In this document: piece by piece, positions 8,725 through 18,446 of the stretch
Position numbering within the stretch: the first letter of the stretch is position 1
Layout: every line of letters begins with the position of its first letter
Virus record (IMG/VR): IMGVR_UViG_3300021560_000013
Span: 46,272-110,271 of that record
Direction: 5' to 3' (one strand)
Length of the DNA stretch: 64,000 nt
DNA from: a virus
Position numbers and translations under genes: made by a program
Notes under the pieces: model-generated
The model's database searches: none
Told to the model about the DNA's origin: nothing
What the model saw: only the letters and a program-made list of their open reading frames with translations

Positions 8725-9937
8725 TGCCTGCCTTTCTCGCTTCCACCTGCGCCAGCGATGCCTCCAGCTGGCGCAGCAGTTCGTCGTCTACTTCCTCGGG
8801 CACGATCGGAGGCTTCGGGATGTGGATGTCGAACCGCGTCCCGATCTCCTCACGGTACAAGTCCTCGATCGACTCGCCCACCTGCAGGCCGCGCTCCAGC
8901 TGCTCCATCGTCGGGCGCGCCACCCGGCGCTGCACCCGATGGCCGTACACCCGGTTCGCCTTCGCGTCCTTCACCGGGATCGGACCGTGAACCGACGCCC
9001 ACGCCTTCGCCGCCTCCTTGTTCTGCTTGATCGCCTTCTCGGCCACCAGGATCTGAGCGACCACCTCCTCAGCCTCCTCCGCGTTGCGGATGCGGCCCCG
9101 ACGGCGCGCCGTAGGGAAGATCGGGCACGCCGTCGGGCGGGGGCAGTGGCCGCAGTGGTTACCCGGCGAGGGATGCCAGGTCTCCTCCTCGACCGAGCGG
9201 TCGAAGCGTTCGATCAGCGCCGACATCGTCAACTCGATCTCGTCCAGCTGATCGCGATACAAGGTCGCCTGTCGTGGCTGGGAGTAGCGGGGGTAGAACT
9301 CGCGCAGCGTGATCGACGTGAGCGGCGCGTGGTTCTTGAAGCCGAGCAGCGCGTAGGCCCGCTGCTGGAAGAAGCCCGACTCGGAGATCTCCGAGGGCGG
9401 CGGCAGCCACCAGCCGGTCTTCCAGTCGATCACGATCCCGTGCTCCAGGTTCTCGCCTTCCGCGAACAGCGCGTCCAGCTGGCCGGTGAACACCCGGTCC
9501 ACCTGCCCGCCGTACGGGTTCGGGTAGCGCACGACCGTGTCCAGCCGCTGCTCGATGTCCACCAGCCCGGCGATGTTCCACTGCGTCTCGGAGGCGAACT
9601 TCTTCGTCATCCACAGCAGATCGTGGATCTCGGACATCGGCACGTTCACCATGTCCGCGATCGGCACGTCCGCCTGGCGCAGCGTCTCCAGCATGATCGC
9701 GAGCGCTACGTCCACCTCGATGCGCTCCTCGCCGTGCGCGGCCATCTCCCGCAGCATCTTCGCTGCCGCCCGGTGCCAGATGATCCCCCGGCCCGACGCC
9801 GCGTCCGAGAACGTCTTGCGGTACCGGCGCTCGAACAGGCTCATCAGCCCGCACTCGTCGTAGTCCGACAGGGTGCTTTGCCGGACCCTCGGGAACTCCT
9901 CCAGCGCCTTCGGATACGGCGTCGCTGCTACCACCAC
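8717..9937 (-). CDS. PD-(D/E)XK exonuclease (RecB/Cas4-like, Cys cluster)
   Basis: G.LD...IDWKTG...Q..AY, C-terminal HCGHCP....CP; paired with Bet; CGACCGAGGAGG RBS. Confidence 0.8.
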   Translation of the reverse strand: MVVAATPYPKALEEFPRVRQSTLSDYDECGLMSLFERRYRKTFSDAASGRGIIWHRAAAKMLREMAAHGEERIEVDVALAIMLETLRQADVPIADMVNVPMSEIHDLLWMTKKFASETQWNIAGLVDIEQRLDTVVRYPNPYGGQVDRVFTGQLDALFAEGENLEHGIVIDWKTGWWLPPPSEISESGFFQQRAYALLGFKNHAPLTSITLREFYPRYSQPRQATLYRDQLDEIELTMSALIERFDRSVEEETWHPSPGNHCGHCPRPTACPIFPTARRRGRIRNAEEAEEVVAQILVAEKAIKQNKEAAKAWASVHGPIPVKDAKANRVYGHRVQRRVARPTMEQLERGLQVGESIEDLYREEIGTRFDIHIPKPPIVPEEVDDELLRQLEASLAQVEARKAGNG

Positions 9938-10093
9938 GGGGGTGCCTCCTCGGTCGTTACAGGGAGGCTCGCACGTCGATCGGACGGAACCGCGATCCGT
10001 TTCCCGCAGGGTCCGCGACGGCGGTTAGTCTCCTCGAAGTGTCCCGACCGAAACCCTCCTCCAGCACTCCCGCGAAGCTGCCCCTCTGAGCCC

Positions 10094-10552
10094 GTGGGAG
10101 CCTCCGTAACGCCACGGGAGTGGTACCGGAGGGTGGTGGGCCACCCCCCCAAGCCGTGCGCCGTATGTCGCGGGAGAGTGCGCGTCCAGGGGCACCACAT
10201 CATCACGCAGGTGAGGCTTGAGCGCGTCGAGCGCGAGCGCCACCTGGAGCCCGGCACCCTCGTCTGGGATCCACGGTGCGGCATCGCGATCTGCGAGCTA
10301 TGCCACACCCGCCACACCAGCGCGTTCCGCCGGATCCCCCGCTCGAAGCTCACACCGGAGAACTGGGACTTCATCAACGAGCTAGGGCTCGACTGGTGGA
10401 TCGCGCGCTACTACCCAGGAGAGAGAGATGGCGAAGGCGCAGCAGAACAACGGCAGCACGCAGTCGATCGAGGACATGGCAGGCGACGAGACCGTCCTGG
10501 GCGCGGCGATCAACGGCACCTCGGAACAGCTGAGCTTCGATCTCGGGTCTGA
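10094..10552 (+). CDS. HNH endonuclease (start uncertain)
   Basis: CAVC...GHHII...D.RCGIAICELCH..H at 3' end of the long shadow ORF 8561..10552; tail overlaps next gene. Confidence 0.6.
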   Translation: MGASVTPREWYRRVVGHPPKPCAVCRGRVRVQGHHIITQVRLERVERERHLEPGTLVWDPRCGIAICELCHTRHTSAFRRIPRSKLTPENWDFINELGLDWWIARYYPGERDGEGAAEQRQHAVDRGHGRRRDRPGRGDQRHLGTAELRSRV

Positions 10553-10763
10553 GTACAACCTGACCGACTCGACGCTGAAGCTCGCACAGATCCCGACCAT
10601 GACCGTCAACGGTCAGTTCTCCGAGGGCGACCGCGTGAAGGTGCTGCTGGAGATCGAGGTGGAGTACGTGAGCTTCCCGCCGATCAAGGACCGAGGGTTC
10701 CGCGTCGGCACCGAGCGACGGCACATCGGCCAGGTGATGTCCGCCGCGCCTGTAGACGACTAA
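10428..10763 (+). CDS. Hypothetical protein
   Basis: Purine-rich RBS, typical codon usage. Confidence 0.65.
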   Translation: MAKAQQNNGSTQSIEDMAGDETVLGAAINGTSEQLSFDLGSEYNLTDSTLKLAQIPTMTVNGQFSEGDRVKVLLEIEVEYVSFPPIKDRGFRVGTERRHIGQVMSAAPVDD

Positions 10764-10868
10764 GGCCGCTCTTAGCGGGAACTTTCGGATTGCGGGGCGG
10801 CGTGTCCGGCGCTAGGTTCACGGGTCTGCCGTCCCGACCGACGCTCGCGTCCAGAGCGGGGAGATGCC

Positions 10869-12773
10869 GTGCCTTCTGAAGCCGTCGAACGCGTGCTCGC
10901 GCGCCTATGGGCGCTGGACTGCAACGCACGCGGCAACGAGACGACGGGCTGGACGGCGAAGTGCCCGGCGCACGACGACCGCAGCCCGAGCTTCAAGCTT
11001 GACCAGGCCGACGACGGCAGGGCGCTCGTCTACTGCCACACCGGCTGCACCATTGACCAGATCGCGTCCTCCATGTCGCTCGACGTGCGCGAACTGTTCG
11101 AGCCCGAGCCCGAGTCGATCGACAAGATCGTGGTCGAGCGCTACGACTACACCGACCAGCACGGCGTCATGCTGTTCCAGGTCGAGCGCCTGAGCCCGAA
11201 GGGGTTCCGCCAGCGCAAACCAGACGGGCGCGGCGACTGGTCGTACTCGCTCGGGTCAACGCGCCGAGTCCTGTACCGGCTACCGGCGGTGATCGAGGCG
11301 GTCAAGGCCGGGCAGCGGATCTACCTGGTCGAGGGCGAGAGGGACGTTCACACGCTGGAGAGCAAGGGCAAGGTCGCCACCACCATGCCCGGCGGCGCGG
11401 GCAAGTGGCGCAAGGAGTACACCGAGACGCTGCGTGGCGCACGCGAGGTGGCGATCATCCAGGACGTAGACGAGCTTGACCCGAAGACCGGCCACCGCCC
11501 CGGCCAGGAGCACGCCGAGATGGTGCGCCAGAAGCTAGAGGGTGTCGTCCAGGCGGTCAGGGTGTTCCAGCCCGCCGTCGGCAAGGACATCACCGATCAC
11601 ATCAAGGCTGGGATGGGAGTCGGCGCGATCGTGCCCGCCGGGGAGTCGCGTCCGCATGCACGCCTGGAGATCAAGCCAGCCAGGGCGATCATGGAGGAGC
11701 CGGAACTGGGCGAGGAGGGGTTCCTGCTCGGGCCGTTGGTCTACAAGGGCCACCGGATCGTCGTCGGCGGCTGGACCGGCCACGGCAAGACCACCTTCAC
11801 GATGCACATGGTGAGCGCCGCCGTCAACGGCAAGGAGTTCCTGCGGCCACTCTGGAAGGGCAGGAAGGACAGGGACAGGCCCGTGACGGCGCTCGTGATC
11901 GACGTGGAGCAGGGCACCAAGACGGTCAAGCGCGTGCTCCGCGAGACCGGCCTGGATCACTCCGACCGCGTCCAGTACCTGCGCGTGCCAGACGGGCTGG
12001 CGCTCGACTCCGACCCGGAGGCCATCGAGTTCCTTGAGAAGGCGTTCGCCAAGAACCACTTCGACATCGTGCTGGCCGATCCGCTGTACAAATTGCACCG
12101 GGGCGACCCGAACGACACCAAGGCTGCGACCGAACTGATGCGCCGGTTTGACGACTGGCGCGAGCGCTACTCGTTCGCGCTGATCCTGCCGATGCACTGC
12201 CGCAAGCCGCAAGGCGACCGTGGCCCGAAGCTCTCCCCCCACGACCTGTTCGGCTCATCCGCATACCAGTGGGGTGCGGAGATGTTGCTCGGCGTCGAGC
12301 GCAAGTCGCAGACCAAGACGTGGATCCACTGGTGGAAGGACCGCGAGGGCGAGGCTGCCGAGCAGGGCGCAATCGTCGGCTCGCACTGGGACATCGCCTT
12401 CGATCGGAAGACCGGCTTCGGGCGCTACGTTGAGAACCACCAGGAGCGACTGCCGATCGTCGCCCAGCCGAGCCCGAGATTCGATCTGGGCGACTTCTGC
12501 TACCAGCAGATCCGGGACACCGGCGCGGTCACTCGCGACGACATCAAGTCCCGCCTGCACGCGAAGGGCATCCGCTGGGCTGGTGGCATGCCCGCCATCG
12601 ACAAGGCGCTGGAGAACCAGGGACACCGGGGCGTGATCTCCAACGGCGCGCACCTCAAGAAGGACCGCGTCTACCAGTTGCAACCCGAGCTTCTCACAGC
12701 AGAGAGCCCCGCCGAAGCGGGGCTCGATACCTCATCGCCTACCAGAGCAAGTGAGGAAGGAGGCGCACTCTAG
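10869..12773 (+). CDS. Primase-helicase (Zn finger + TOPRIM + RecA/AAA_25-like helicase)
   Basis: CPAHDD..PS...C..GC; VEGERDV and D.D TOPRIM; Walker A GWTGHGKTT; hhhhDP; H.RK. Confidence 0.88.
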   Translation: MPSEAVERVLARLWALDCNARGNETTGWTAKCPAHDDRSPSFKLDQADDGRALVYCHTGCTIDQIASSMSLDVRELFEPEPESIDKIVVERYDYTDQHGVMLFQVERLSPKGFRQRKPDGRGDWSYSLGSTRRVLYRLPAVIEAVKAGQRIYLVEGERDVHTLESKGKVATTMPGGAGKWRKEYTETLRGAREVAIIQDVDELDPKTGHRPGQEHAEMVRQKLEGVVQAVRVFQPAVGKDITDHIKAGMGVGAIVPAGESRPHARLEIKPARAIMEEPELGEEGFLLGPLVYKGHRIVVGGWTGHGKTTFTMHMVSAAVNGKEFLRPLWKGRKDRDRPVTALVIDVEQGTKTVKRVLRETGLDHSDRVQYLRVPDGLALDSDPEAIEFLEKAFAKNHFDIVLADPLYKLHRGDPNDTKAATELMRRFDDWRERYSFALILPMHCRKPQGDRGPKLSPHDLFGSSAYQWGAEMLLGVERKSQTKTWIHWWKDREGEAAEQGAIVGSHWDIAFDRKTGFGRYVENHQERLPIVAQPSPRFDLGDFCYQQIRDTGAVTRDDIKSRLHAKGIRWAGGMPAIDKALENQGHRGVISNGAHLKKDRVYQLQPELLTAESPAEAGLDTSSPTRASEEGGAL

Positions 12774-13154
12774 GGCGCGCTTCGGACAGATCCGCCCCAC
12801 ACCCCGACAGGGCGTCACCAAGGGGTACCACGGTCGCTCCCCGATCTGGGAGCGGAGGCCGACTGGAAGCCGATGAAGCGCGGAGCTTGTAGCCCGGATC
12901 GGGGTGAAGTGCGTGGCGCGTGGAGGTGGAAAGAGTCCGAAACCGCATGCCGACGGCTCACCCTGCGGATGTTCGTGGCTCGGTCTTCTGTCCCTCCGGG
13001 GGCAGTAGGCCGTAGTCCTCCCCTGCCTTCAGGTCTTCCCAACGGATGTAGTTACCGATCGCGAAGTTGGAGCAGGTCGAGACAGGTCGAGGGTTGAGCC
13101 TCTCCTTACCTCAGAGATCGCCAGGGCGAGGCTCGGACCCTGGTCTTGTGTGGA

Positions 13155-13325
13155 CTATGGCTTACAGCGTTTGCAGGCTGGGTGACCGTCTCGGATGCAC
13201 TCGGAGCGCCTGCGATCGACTACCGGGTTTTTGAGAACCACGCTCAGTAGCCACCTGCATTTGGGCCGGTGGTAGCGGGCCTCTGGGTTGTCGGTCTCGA
13301 TCTTGACCATCGGGTCGTTGTCCAT
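13155..13325 (-). CDS. Small Ada-like metal-binding protein
   Basis: RYHR..C ... ACKRCKP; RBS CCCGACCCGAGAGGAGG. Confidence 0.6.
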   Translation of the reverse strand: MDNDPMVKIETDNPEARYHRPKCRWLLSVVLKNPVVDRRRSECIRDGHPACKRCKP

Positions 13326-13420
13326 GTTCACCTCCTCTCGGGTCGGGATGGTTTGCCGTATACATCGGCAGATCAGGCGTTGGACTTGAGTGCCCTGGCT
13401 CGCGACTTGTGTTTGGGGCC

Positions 13421-13451
13421 TTGACACGGAGCACGCGATCTGTGTTAGAGT
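13421..13451 (+). promoter_or_regulatory. Sigma70-type promoter with degenerate 19-bp palindrome in the spacer
   Basis: TTGACA-19 nt-TAGAGT; GAGCACGCGATCTGTGTTA at 13429-13447. Confidence 0.5.
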
Positions 13452-13525
13452 GCCCGGCTCAATCGCCGTGATGCTCACGCACAAGCGTCAGCGGACCGGC
13501 GTCTACCAAGGGTGGTGAGTGGCTT

Positions 13526-14239
13526 GTGAGTGCCACTGAGCAGGAACCTGCCGACCAGCAGGACGGCCAGAAGGATCTGTCGTTCAGCGAACGAGTCGCG
13601 CTCGACGTGCTGGCGATCTTCGCCGCCCGCGACATGATTGCTGACGGCGCGGTGGACATGTACGCCGTAGCCGACGAGATCCAGCCCACGATCTTCGACG
13701 CGAAGGTCAAGGTCGAGGGCGACCGTTCCAAGGTCGGAGTCACACCGTCTCACCTGATGGACAAGCACTTCCCCGAGGTGCCCAAGCGCGACAGCGTGGA
13801 CAGCACCGACGCGGATCTCCTGGACTACACCGACGCGGTCTACGCCAAGGTGAAGGACCAGGTGTTCCGAGTGTTGAACATCATGCCGGACGGCATCATC
13901 CAGTCCCGCCTCGCCTCCGCGCTGGGCGAAGGCTGGGTGCTGTGTCGCATGAAGGGCAAGCGCGGTGCCGAGGAGGTTGCGTACGTCTCTCGCAGCCGCA
14001 AGTGCATCGACGCGGACAACAACGGCCCGGCGTACCACCGGGTCCAGCTGGCTATCGCTCGCGCGTCGGCACTGACCGGCATGTCGATCGAGCGGGTGCC
14101 CGAGCACGGCACCTGGTTCCAGCGGCAGCACAAGCGGTCGCTGAAGAACAGCCTCGAAGCCGGTGACAACGTGGTCATCGCGGCGCTCGACTCGGGGGAC
14201 GAACCCGACGACGGCCCCGACGAGGACGACGATGAGTAG
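13526..14239 (+). CDS. Hypothetical protein
   Basis: 237-aa ORF with coding-like codon usage. Confidence 0.7.
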   Translation: MSATEQEPADQQDGQKDLSFSERVALDVLAIFAARDMIADGAVDMYAVADEIQPTIFDAKVKVEGDRSKVGVTPSHLMDKHFPEVPKRDSVDSTDADLLDYTDAVYAKVKDQVFRVLNIMPDGIIQSRLASALGEGWVLCRMKGKRGAEEVAYVSRSRKCIDADNNGPAYHRVQLAIARASALTGMSIERVPEHGTWFQRQHKRSLKNSLEAGDNVVIAALDSGDEPDDGPDEDDDE

Positions 14240-14942
14240 TACCCAGGGAGCCCCTTCGGGGGCTCCCGACCCTAACCCGGAGAAGCGGGTGACCTGGCAG
14301 CTTACCGAGGCCGGTGTTCACCCGTGGGAGGACGACGGCGTGATTGGCTGGGTGATCGTCCGGCTGAAGGCCGGGGCGACCGCGTACCAGATCCGCGCCG
14401 AGTCGGTGGACGGCGCGGAGGGCTGGCCCGAGCCCGGCGTGTACCTGGGCCAGAACGCTGCCGAGAAGGCGGTGGCTGTCGCCAAGGACCGCATCCGGCA
14501 CGAGCGCGGCGCGCCGACGATCAAGGCCCAGGCGAAGAAGCCGAAGGCGACCGAGGGCGGCAAGCGGGTGCGCCAGCTGCACGAGGCCAAGCGCGCCGGG
14601 CAGCGCGACGCCGAGGATGAGGTGTTCAAGATGCAGGTGGCGCTCGCGGAGACGATCAGTTTCCTGGAGCGGTTCGACCTGCCGGATCTCACCTGGTCCG
14701 AGGACGTGCAGGAGCACCTGAACGACATCGTCCACGACCTGGAGCGCTGCCGGGGCTGGAACGAGCGGGCGGTGGACACGGTGTGGGCGATGATGGATGA
14801 CGTGAGCCGCCAGCGGCGGATCCGCGATCTGCGCCGCCGCGCCGACGATCCAAGCTCGACCAGCTGGGAGCGCCGGAACGCTCGCGAGTTGTACGAGAAG
14901 CTGGAGCGGAAGTACCGCCAGCAGAAGAACCTCGGTGCTTAG
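14232..14942 (+). CDS. Hypothetical protein, helical C-terminus
   Basis: ATG overlapping the upstream gene end; coding-like. Confidence 0.7.
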   Translation: MSSTQGAPSGAPDPNPEKRVTWQLTEAGVHPWEDDGVIGWVIVRLKAGATAYQIRAESVDGAEGWPEPGVYLGQNAAEKAVAVAKDRIRHERGAPTIKAQAKKPKATEGGKRVRQLHEAKRAGQRDAEDEVFKMQVALAETISFLERFDLPDLTWSEDVQEHLNDIVHDLERCRGWNERAVDTVWAMMDDVSRQRRIRDLRRRADDPSSTSWERRNARELYEKLERKYRQQKNLGA

Positions 14943-15337
14943 GCGGCAGCGGCGGTGGCGGCAGCCTCGCGCTGCCGCTTACGCTCCGCTCGCTGCCACC
15001 GGCGGCGCTTGCGTCCTTCGACCTTCGCGCACAGCGGGCAGTGAGAGCCGCGCCGGAAGAACTTCGTGATTGCGGGCTGCTGCACCCCCAGCGACTCCCC
15101 GATCTCCCGGTCGCTGTAGCCCATGTCGCGAAGCTCGTGGACGGCGTGCCGGATCAGGTCGTCGTACGTGTCGCGCAACCCCCGGATCTGCTCCAGCGAA
15201 TACGTGTCCTCGTACCCGTCGGTGAAGCGCTCTCCTAAGCTCTCGTACGTCCGGGTGATCATGCCCATGAGTTCGGACACTTCGTCGGTCGGGAACGGCC
15301 TTCGCTCATTCCTCCAGGAATGACTCGAATCGCTCAT
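14939..15337 (-). CDS. HTH DNA-binding protein
   Basis: GYSDREIGESLGVQQPAITK HTH; RBS CCCGACCAAGGAG and own promoter. Confidence 0.7.
   Translation of the reverse strand: MSDSSHSWRNERRPFPTDEVSELMGMITRTYESLGERFTDGYEDTYSLEQIRGLRDTYDDLIRHAVHELRDMGYSDREIGESLGVQQPAITKFFRRGSHCPLCAKVEGRKRRRWQRAERKRQREAAATAAAA
15307..15322. promoter_or_regulatory. 16-bp palindrome CATTCC-N4-GGAATG (second operator family)
   Basis: CATTCCTCCAGGAATG; other copies at 25432, 53549, 58941. Confidence 0.55.
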
Positions 15338-15371
15338 TGGCTCTCTCCTTGGTCGGGGTCCACCTAGAGTA

Positions 15372-15390
15372 TAGCGCACGATGTGAGCCA
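15372..15390 (-). promoter_or_regulatory. 19-bp palindrome/-10 promoter
   Basis: TAGCGCACGATGTGAGCCA; runs into TATACT on minus strand. Confidence 0.7.
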
Positions 15391-15395
15391 GCACA

Positions 15396-16010
15396 ATGCC
15401 GCCGAGCCGGTCCGTAACATCTCACGTCGTGCGCATCACCCGCCCCGATCGAGACCCTGACCTGGAGTTCCGCGTGGTCGGCCACAGCGCGCCCGGCGGC
15501 TCGAAGGACGTGGGCGTGATCTACCGCAACGGGCCGAACGGCACGAAGGTGCCGGTCACCGACGCCAAGGGCAAGATCAAGACGTTCGTCCGCGACAAGT
15601 CCGGCCAGGCCGGGAAGGACTGGCGGACGACCGTCGCGACCACGGGCCTGGCGGCGCTCGTCCAGGCGGGCCTTGAGCGGTTCGACGGGCCGCTGTACGT
15701 CGAGCTAACGATCATCCGCCCGCGCGGCCCCGGCCACTACGGTTCGGGCCGGAACGCGGGGCGGCTCCTCCCTTCCGCACCCGCGTTCCCAGCTGTCGCC
15801 CCGGACGTGACGAAGCTCACCCGCTCCACCGAGGATGCCCTGAACTCGGTCGTCTGGAACGACGACTCGCGCAACGTCGCCCTGCTGACCGAGAAGGTCT
15901 ACGCTGAGCCCGGCGAGCCCGAGGGCGCGGAAGTGAAGATTTGGACCCTGCCCGCGACTGTCGGCAGGGTCGAGGCGGATCCGGACCAGCTGGAGATGGC
16001 CGTCGCCTGA
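15396..16010 (+). CDS. rusA: RusA-like Holliday junction resolvase
   Basis: PGGSK, PDVTKL.RSTEDAL..VVW.DD motifs. Confidence 0.85.
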   Translation: MPPSRSVTSHVVRITRPDRDPDLEFRVVGHSAPGGSKDVGVIYRNGPNGTKVPVTDAKGKIKTFVRDKSGQAGKDWRTTVATTGLAALVQAGLERFDGPLYVELTIIRPRGPGHYGSGRNAGRLLPSAPAFPAVAPDVTKLTRSTEDALNSVVWNDDSRNVALLTEKVYAEPGEPEGAEVKIWTLPATVGRVEADPDQLEMAVA

Positions 16011-16066
16011 AGCTCACGCCGAGGAGACGACCGGCCCCAGGCTCACGCCGGGGCCGGTCACCCCGG

Positions 16067-16558
16067 TCAGTCGTCGCCGGTGAAGTCCGGGTTGTGGAAC
16101 AGCACCTCGGGGTCGTCGCGCGAGCGCAGGAAGCGCGGCTCGCCGTTGGAGTCCGTCTCGTCAATGAGGTGATCCACCGCGTGCTCGACAGCGCACCAGA
16201 CCGCGTACTGCCAGACCGCCTTCGCGATGTCCAGCGAGTCGCCGTTCAGGTACAGCGGGTTGCGGCGCATGAAGCTGCGCACGTAGCCGATCAGCGAGCC
16301 GTTCTCGATCCGGAACCGGAACTCCTGCGCGATCGCGTACGTGAGGATCTCGCCCTTCTCCTCGTCCGAGCGCTCCTCGCCCGGCTCAAGCTCCCGGTCG
16401 GCCCACTCGGCTATGTCTAGCTCCTCCGCGCGCTCCAGCGCCTTCGCGGTGCGCCGTTCGATCCGGGTCACGACGGCGCGCTCCAGCATCGCGAGGGCGT
16501 GGCGCTCGGGGCCACCGGACGGCGGGCGCTTGCGCGGCGGTTTGCGCTTACGTGGCAC
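16067..16558 (-). CDS. Hypothetical protein
   Basis: Coupled minus-strand ORF. Confidence 0.6.
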   Translation of the reverse strand: MPRKRKPPRKRPPSGGPERHALAMLERAVVTRIERRTAKALERAEELDIAEWADRELEPGEERSDEEKGEILTYAIAQEFRFRIENGSLIGYVRSFMRRNPLYLNGDSLDIAKAVWQYAVWCAVEHAVDHLIDETDSNGEPRFLRSRDDPEVLFHNPDFTGDD

Positions 16559-17180
16559 GGCGCGCGGCGTCCTTCATCTGCCTGGACAGCGTCTCGATCG
16601 TCTCCTGCGGGACGGTCGGCTCGACCCCTTCGACGCCGAGGCCGGTCGGGATGCCGTCCTCCCAGGCGCGCTGGCGCGTGCCGATCGTGTAGCCCCGCTG
16701 GCGGTCGGCGGCGTGGTCGGTCGTGTCCACCTCGTCCAGCACGTCGAAGCCACCGCCGAGACCGAGCGGCGAGCCCGCGTCCGGCGGGAGCACCCACAGG
16801 TGGTACTCGTTCGCGCCGTCCTTCAGGTTCCACTCGGGCGGGAAGATCTGGATCGCCTCACGGTCACGCCCGGCCACCTCGTTCTTGATCGCCTGGATGT
16901 GCCGCCAGTCATAGATCGCCGCGCGGTCGTTCCGCTTGTAGCTCAGGTGCATCGAGCCGTCCTCGAACTCCAGGCCGAACCCGTTGTAGAGCCGGTTGCC
17001 GAACGCGAACGCCCGCACGGCCCGCTGCGGGTTGCGGTACTGGTAGAAGTGCTCGCGCCCGTCGCTGCGGTGGTACACCTGCGACATCGCGGAGACGCCC
17101 GGCGGCGTCGAGTCCACGAGCCACATCGGATTCCAGCTGGCCTTCGCCGGGTTGCCGCCCGGACGCTTGCGCTTAGCCAT
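16548..17180 (-). CDS. Conserved phage protein of unknown function
   Basis: LS.KR.D.....DWR..Q.IKNE..G...EAIQIFP....L.D.AN.YHLWV. Confidence 0.7.
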   Translation of the reverse strand: MAKRKRPGGNPAKASWNPMWLVDSTPPGVSAMSQVYHRSDGREHFYQYRNPQRAVRAFAFGNRLYNGFGLEFEDGSMHLSYKRNDRAAIYDWRHIQAIKNEVAGRDREAIQIFPPEWNLKDGANEYHLWVLPPDAGSPLGLGGGFDVLDEVDTTDHAADRQRGYTIGTRQRAWEDGIPTGLGVEGVEPTVPQETIETLSRQMKDAARRAT

Positions 17181-17455
17181 CACGCCCACCCCGCCAGCAC
17201 GTCCACCTGCTTGCGGCCCTGGCGGCTGCGCTCCATCGCCGCCTGGTGCTCGTCGCCGTCGGCGCGAGCCTGGTGGTAGAGGTAGGTCTCAAGCTCGGCG
17301 GTCAGCACGTTGCGCATGGCCGTCCGGTCCAGGCTGGTGGACAGCTGCGCGATCGTGACCGCGTGCAGCAGCGCGTCCACGCGCGCCTTGGACTTGGACG
17401 CCAGCAGCTTGAACGTGACCGGCTGCTCGCGCTTGATCTGCTCGCGGGAAGCCAT
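17180..17455 (-). CDS. Hypothetical protein
   Basis: Coupled ORF. Confidence 0.55.
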   Translation of the reverse strand: MASREQIKREQPVTFKLLASKSKARVDALLHAVTIAQLSTSLDRTAMRNVLTAELETYLYHQARADGDEHQAAMERSRQGRKQVDVLAGWA

Positions 17456-17456
17456 C

Positions 17457-17708
17457 TCAGTAGTCGGGCGGGAAGATCCCGCGCATGTCGCGCTCGAACA
17501 TCTCATCCTCGATCCGCTGCTCTTCCAGCTGGACCTGGCGCTCCGTCTCGGCGCGCTCCTCGGGGGTCGTCCAGAACCCGGCCAGGTAGCCACGGTCGTC
17601 GTAAAGCTCACCGCGATCGCCCTTGGTCAGGATCTCTCCGGTCTCACCGAGCCAGAGATCGAAGGTCTCTCCGATCCAGTTGCGCTCGGTCAGCGTCAGT
17701 CGGGTCAT
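17457..17708 (-). CDS. Hypothetical acidic protein
   Basis: Preceded by CCCGACCGAGGAG and palindrome promoter. Confidence 0.7.
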   Translation of the reverse strand: MTRLTLTERNWIGETFDLWLGETGEILTKGDRGELYDDRGYLAGFWTTPEERAETERQVQLEEQRIEDEMFERDMRGIFPPDY

Positions 17709-17741
17709 GCTCACTCCTCGGTCGGGGGTTGCACTACAAGC

Positions 17742-18446
17742 TTAGCACACGTCGTTAGCTTCGCGCGTGCGCTGCTCCATCTGCTCGATGATTCGTCGCC
17801 CGGTCTCGTAGCAGCCGCCGCGCTGGCGGTTGCTGAGCGCGCCGTAGACGATCCACGGCCAGCGCTTCTGAAGCGCGTCCGCCAGCAGCCGGTTGAACGC
17901 GGTGCCGTGGACGCCGACGCGCCGCCCGCGCTTGTCGCGGTCGAGAGGGCCGTCGGCCATGTGCGCCGCCTCGTGGTAGATCAGCCACAGTCCCTCCTCG
18001 TAGCTGGCCTTGCCGAACGTGAACCACACGTCGAAGCCGCCGAGGATCGCGCGGCCCGTGTGATGGCCCTTGTCGCCCCGGCGGATCTTGATGTTGATGT
18101 CGGAGATCGTCGGCTTGTGCCCGTAGGCCCAGCCGTTGAAGTAGCCCATCGCCGTCAGCGCCGTGCGTAGCTCGGTCTTCACGTCCAGGTCACGCTCGAC
18201 GCCGTTCGCGTCCTTCAGCGTGACCAGCCAGCGCGCCCGCTCCGCGTCCGCCTTCCGGCGGGCCTTGGTGGCGGACCTGGCGGCAGCCTCTTCGCGGCGG
18301 CGCTCCAGGCTCGGAGCCGTCCGCTGGACCAGCCTGCCGGTCTTCGCGCTACAGCGCAGGCAGTAGCGCCGGACATCGTCCATGCGCGGGCGCTGCGGCC
18401 CGTTGACGCCGCCGCCGCAGCTGGGGCACACCCATCGGACCGCCAT
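17742..18446 (-). CDS. Zn-ribbon + SprT-like HExxH metalloprotease
   Basis: CPSC..CLRC at N-terminus; YHEAAH...HGTAF. Confidence 0.65.
   Translation of the reverse strand: MAVRWVCPSCGGGVNGPQRPRMDDVRRYCLRCSAKTGRLVQRTAPSLERRREEAAARSATKARRKADAERARWLVTLKDANGVERDLDVKTELRTALTAMGYFNGWAYGHKPTISDINIKIRRGDKGHHTGRAILGGFDVWFTFGKASYEEGLWLIYHEAAHMADGPLDRDKRGRRVGVHGTAFNRLLADALQKRWPWIVYGALSNRQRGGCYETGRRIIEQMEQRTREANDVC
17743..17761 (-). promoter_or_regulatory. 19-bp palindrome/-10 promoter
   Basis: Minus strand AAGCTAACGACGTGTGCTA, -10 TAAGCT. Confidence 0.7.

Noticed and set aside
8717-9937. Cas4-like nuclease as a CRISPR component
   Set aside because: Paired with Bet as in ordinary phage recombination modules; no array
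8561-10093. 663-aa plus-strand ORF
   Set aside because: Antisense shadow of the Bet and exonuclease genes; only the HNH-like 3' part is credible
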